In this document: positions 61,602 through 64,000 of the stretch, piece by piece
Layout: each line of letters starts with the position of its first letter
Numbering within the stretch: the first letter of the stretch is position 1
Source: Octopus sinensis
Lineage: Eukaryota
DNA length: 64,000 nt
Reading direction: 5' to 3'
Assembly (NCBI RefSeq): GCF_006345805.1
Contig: NW_021830031.1
Coordinates: 124,001-188,000, forward strand
Position numbers and translations under genes: made by a program
Notes under the pieces: generated by a model
Databases searched by the model: none
Seen by the model: the letters and a program-made list of their open reading frames with translations, nothing else
What the model was told of the DNA's origin: nothing

Positions 61602-62239
61602 GTGAGTCTTGTTTCCAAAACTAAGTTCTATGTTTGTTTCTTTGTTTTCTGCATTTACATTTCATGAAAGCGCATGGCTGAGTGGTTAGGGTAACTGGCT
61701 CTCAATCGTAAGGTCATGAGTTTAAATTACAGTGATGCGTTGTGTCCTTGAGCAAGACACTTTATTTCATGTTGCTTCAGTCCGCCCAGCTAGCAAAAGT
61801 TAACTAGTAGCTGTATTTTGAAGGTACTACTCTGTGTCATACTGAACCTCCCTGGATGCCCTTCCTAACACCGACCATCCTGCAGAGTGGACAGTGTGTT
61901 TTTTATGTGGCACAAGCACAGGGAGGCTGGTTTCGGCACGGTTTTTTTTTAACAGCTGGATGCCCTTCCAAACACCAAGAACTTTACAGTGTGGACTGAA
62001 TGCTTTTATGTGGCATCGGCACTGGCAGGGTCACCAAGTAACTTGCAAGACAAAGGTCCCTTGAGAGGAGAGGGAGCATTAGAGGGGGTGATTAGGTGAT
62101 CTTGGGTCAGATGGTGAATGGTTAGTGTGTGACAGACAGAAACAGATGACTTACAATAAAATGAGATCTTGTCAGGCACAGAGGAGTCATTAACCTGCTA
62201 TGTATAAACCTTTAGCATTCAGACTATTCTATCAAATAT

Positions 62240-62697
62240 AATAATAATAATAACGGAAGTCTGTTGGGGTTCGACAATGACGTCAATGACGCCGGATGTG
62301 GGAGCGGAACCCAAAGGCAGACGCGCAGATGCGGCCACATGTTGGCCACGTAACAGCAGAAGCAGGGTTGGGGATCCTCTCTCTTTTCAGGCTTGTTGCT
62401 TCTGGTCCAGGATCTTGAGGCGCTTTTCCTCGAACAGCCTAACACCCTTTTGGACAGCTGTACGCCAGGCGCCATGGTTAGAGGCAAGCGATTCCCAGCC
62501 ACGGGCTGAAATGCTGCAGGCCTCAAGGGAAGTTTTCAGGCTGTCCTTGTATCACCTCAGTGGCCTTCCAGGATTTCTTGTTCCAGAAGCCAACTCAGAG
62601 AAGAAGATCATCTTTGGTAGATGCACGTTGTCCATTCGAACTACATGTCCGACCTACCGGAGCTGGGCCTTCATGATGAGGGCTTTGATCCCGGGCA
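62240..62697 (-). mobile_element. 3' end of an RTE-BovB-like LINE
   Basis: PGIKALIMKAQLR*VGHVVRMDNVHLPKMIFFSEL...YKDSLK...WPTCGRICASAFGFRSHIRRH*; (TTA)n tail. Confidence 0.88.
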
Positions 62698-62909
62698 TTT
62701 GCCTTTGTGATTCTGTCCATTAATTTACCTTCAATCATTACTTTGAACTGTAAAAGCAACTATTTAATTTTTTTTTTTGCTCAGGCGCAGGGTGGGGCCA
62801 AGACTGAGAGGGTTAAAATAATGATGTCAAAGTTAAATCTTCAGTTCCTTCTCTTGATTTTTATTTCTTTTTATGTCTTTTGTCCTTTTTTTTACCATTT
62901 GCTTTACAG

Positions 62910-62991
62910 AGCAAAACTGGAGGAAAAACGTAAGAAAGATGAGGAGAGGAAAATAAAAGAGGAAGAGAAAGTGAAGGAGAAGGAAGAGGAA
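62910..62991 (+). CDS. CHAF1A: CHAF1A coding exon 6 (KER domain); the gene continues beyond the window
   Basis: TTTACAG|A; (E)AKLEEKRKKDEERKIKEEEKVKEKEEE, compared with recalled human EAKLEEKRKKEEEK; GAA|GTAAGT; phase 2-0. Confidence 0.93.
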
Positions 62992-64000
62992 GTAAGTTAT
63001 ATCCATCTGTCACAACTAGTCAGTTTGTCTGTCTGTGTGACTACGTCTACCAGTGTCTTTTGATACAGACATTGTCTTGAAATTTCTTCTTGTTCTAGAA
63101 TATAAAATGCATTCATTTTAACATTTTTAAATTCAAACCTGTCATTGCAATTTTTTATTAAAAATATTTACCATTAGAGACTTAGGTACTTAATTTTATA
63201 GGTGCAGACACTCATATATGTTTTAATTTACTGCTGTTTCAATTGCATGTACTGAGTTTTTCTACAGCCCTGCAAGCTTCTGCAATATCAGTGAATGTTT
63301 TGTTTCTTTTTTTCCTTTATACCAAGGTATAAATTTTAAGCAGGTGTGATTAAGAAGCCTAGGCTCTCTCACTGTGCAGTATCTTGGGCAGATGTCTTCT
63401 GCTATATAGCCCTATATAACCTTGTAGGTGGTTGGTGATTTGTTGTGCTTGAGATTTGTCAAGCCAAGTGAAATTGTGGATGTGGCCAGTGCTGGTGATG
63501 CATAAAAGGAAACCATTACACCTTTAGAGTGGTTGGCATTACGAAGGGCATCCAACCATAGAAACCAAGCCAAAATCAGACTGGAACCTGGTGCCGTTCT
63601 CTGGCTTACCAGTTACAGTCAAACTGTTTAACTCATGCTAGCATGGAAAATGGATGCTAAATGACGATGATGAGGAAACTGTAAGGAAGCCCATCATGTG
63701 TATGTTCTGCACCACTGCTTGGTAACTCCTGCTGGTTTGTTTTCGTCCCTGTAACTTAGTGGTTTGCTAAAGAAAAATTGATAGAATTAGTACCAGGCTT
63801 AAAAGTGGTGAGTACTGGAGTCACTTTATTTGAGTAAGCCGTACAAGGTGGTGCTCCAGCATGGTCGCAGTCTGATATGAGTAAAACAAAAGATGATGAC
63901 AACGTCCAATGTTGAATGTCCTTCATTTCAATTCTGATGTCTTTAGATACATGGTTCAGTGGTTAGAGTATCAAGCTCACAATCATGAAGTAGTGAGTTC

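Overview
AT-rich, microsatellite-saturated animal genomic DNA. The SINE/LINE repertoire looks like octopus (coleoid cephalopod); this is inferred from recalled repeat families, not from a search. One protein-coding gene is supported: the 5' part of CHAF1A (chromatin assembly factor 1 subunit A, p150) on the + strand. Six coding exons (34333-34438, 47351-47407, 53575-54548, 55758-55880, 61459-61601, 62910-62991) splice GT-AG in a consistent frame into 495 codons. They encode the PIP1 box (split across exons 2/3), a SIM, a degenerate HP1-binding motif and the start of the KER coiled coil; the gene continues beyond the window. The rest is repeats: five tRNA-type SINE families; 3' fragments of RTE, CR1-like and R4/Dong-like LINEs; piggyBac, maT, Tc2/pogo, hAT and Merlin-like DNA elements; Helitron/HINE-like elements; 51-, 70- and 33-bp tandem arrays; three (TA)n-bounded tandem duplications; several fold-back hairpins; and a full-length 5S rRNA-derived copy in CHAF1A intron 3. 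There is no CRISPR array or prokaryotic feature, and I cannot claim a confirmed novel system. The best leads are a possible 5S-headed chimeric SINE, an interrupted ~650-bp palindrome in intron 4, a stack of R4/Dong-like 3' ends in (TAA)n, and apparent motif-directed self-insertion of one SINE family.
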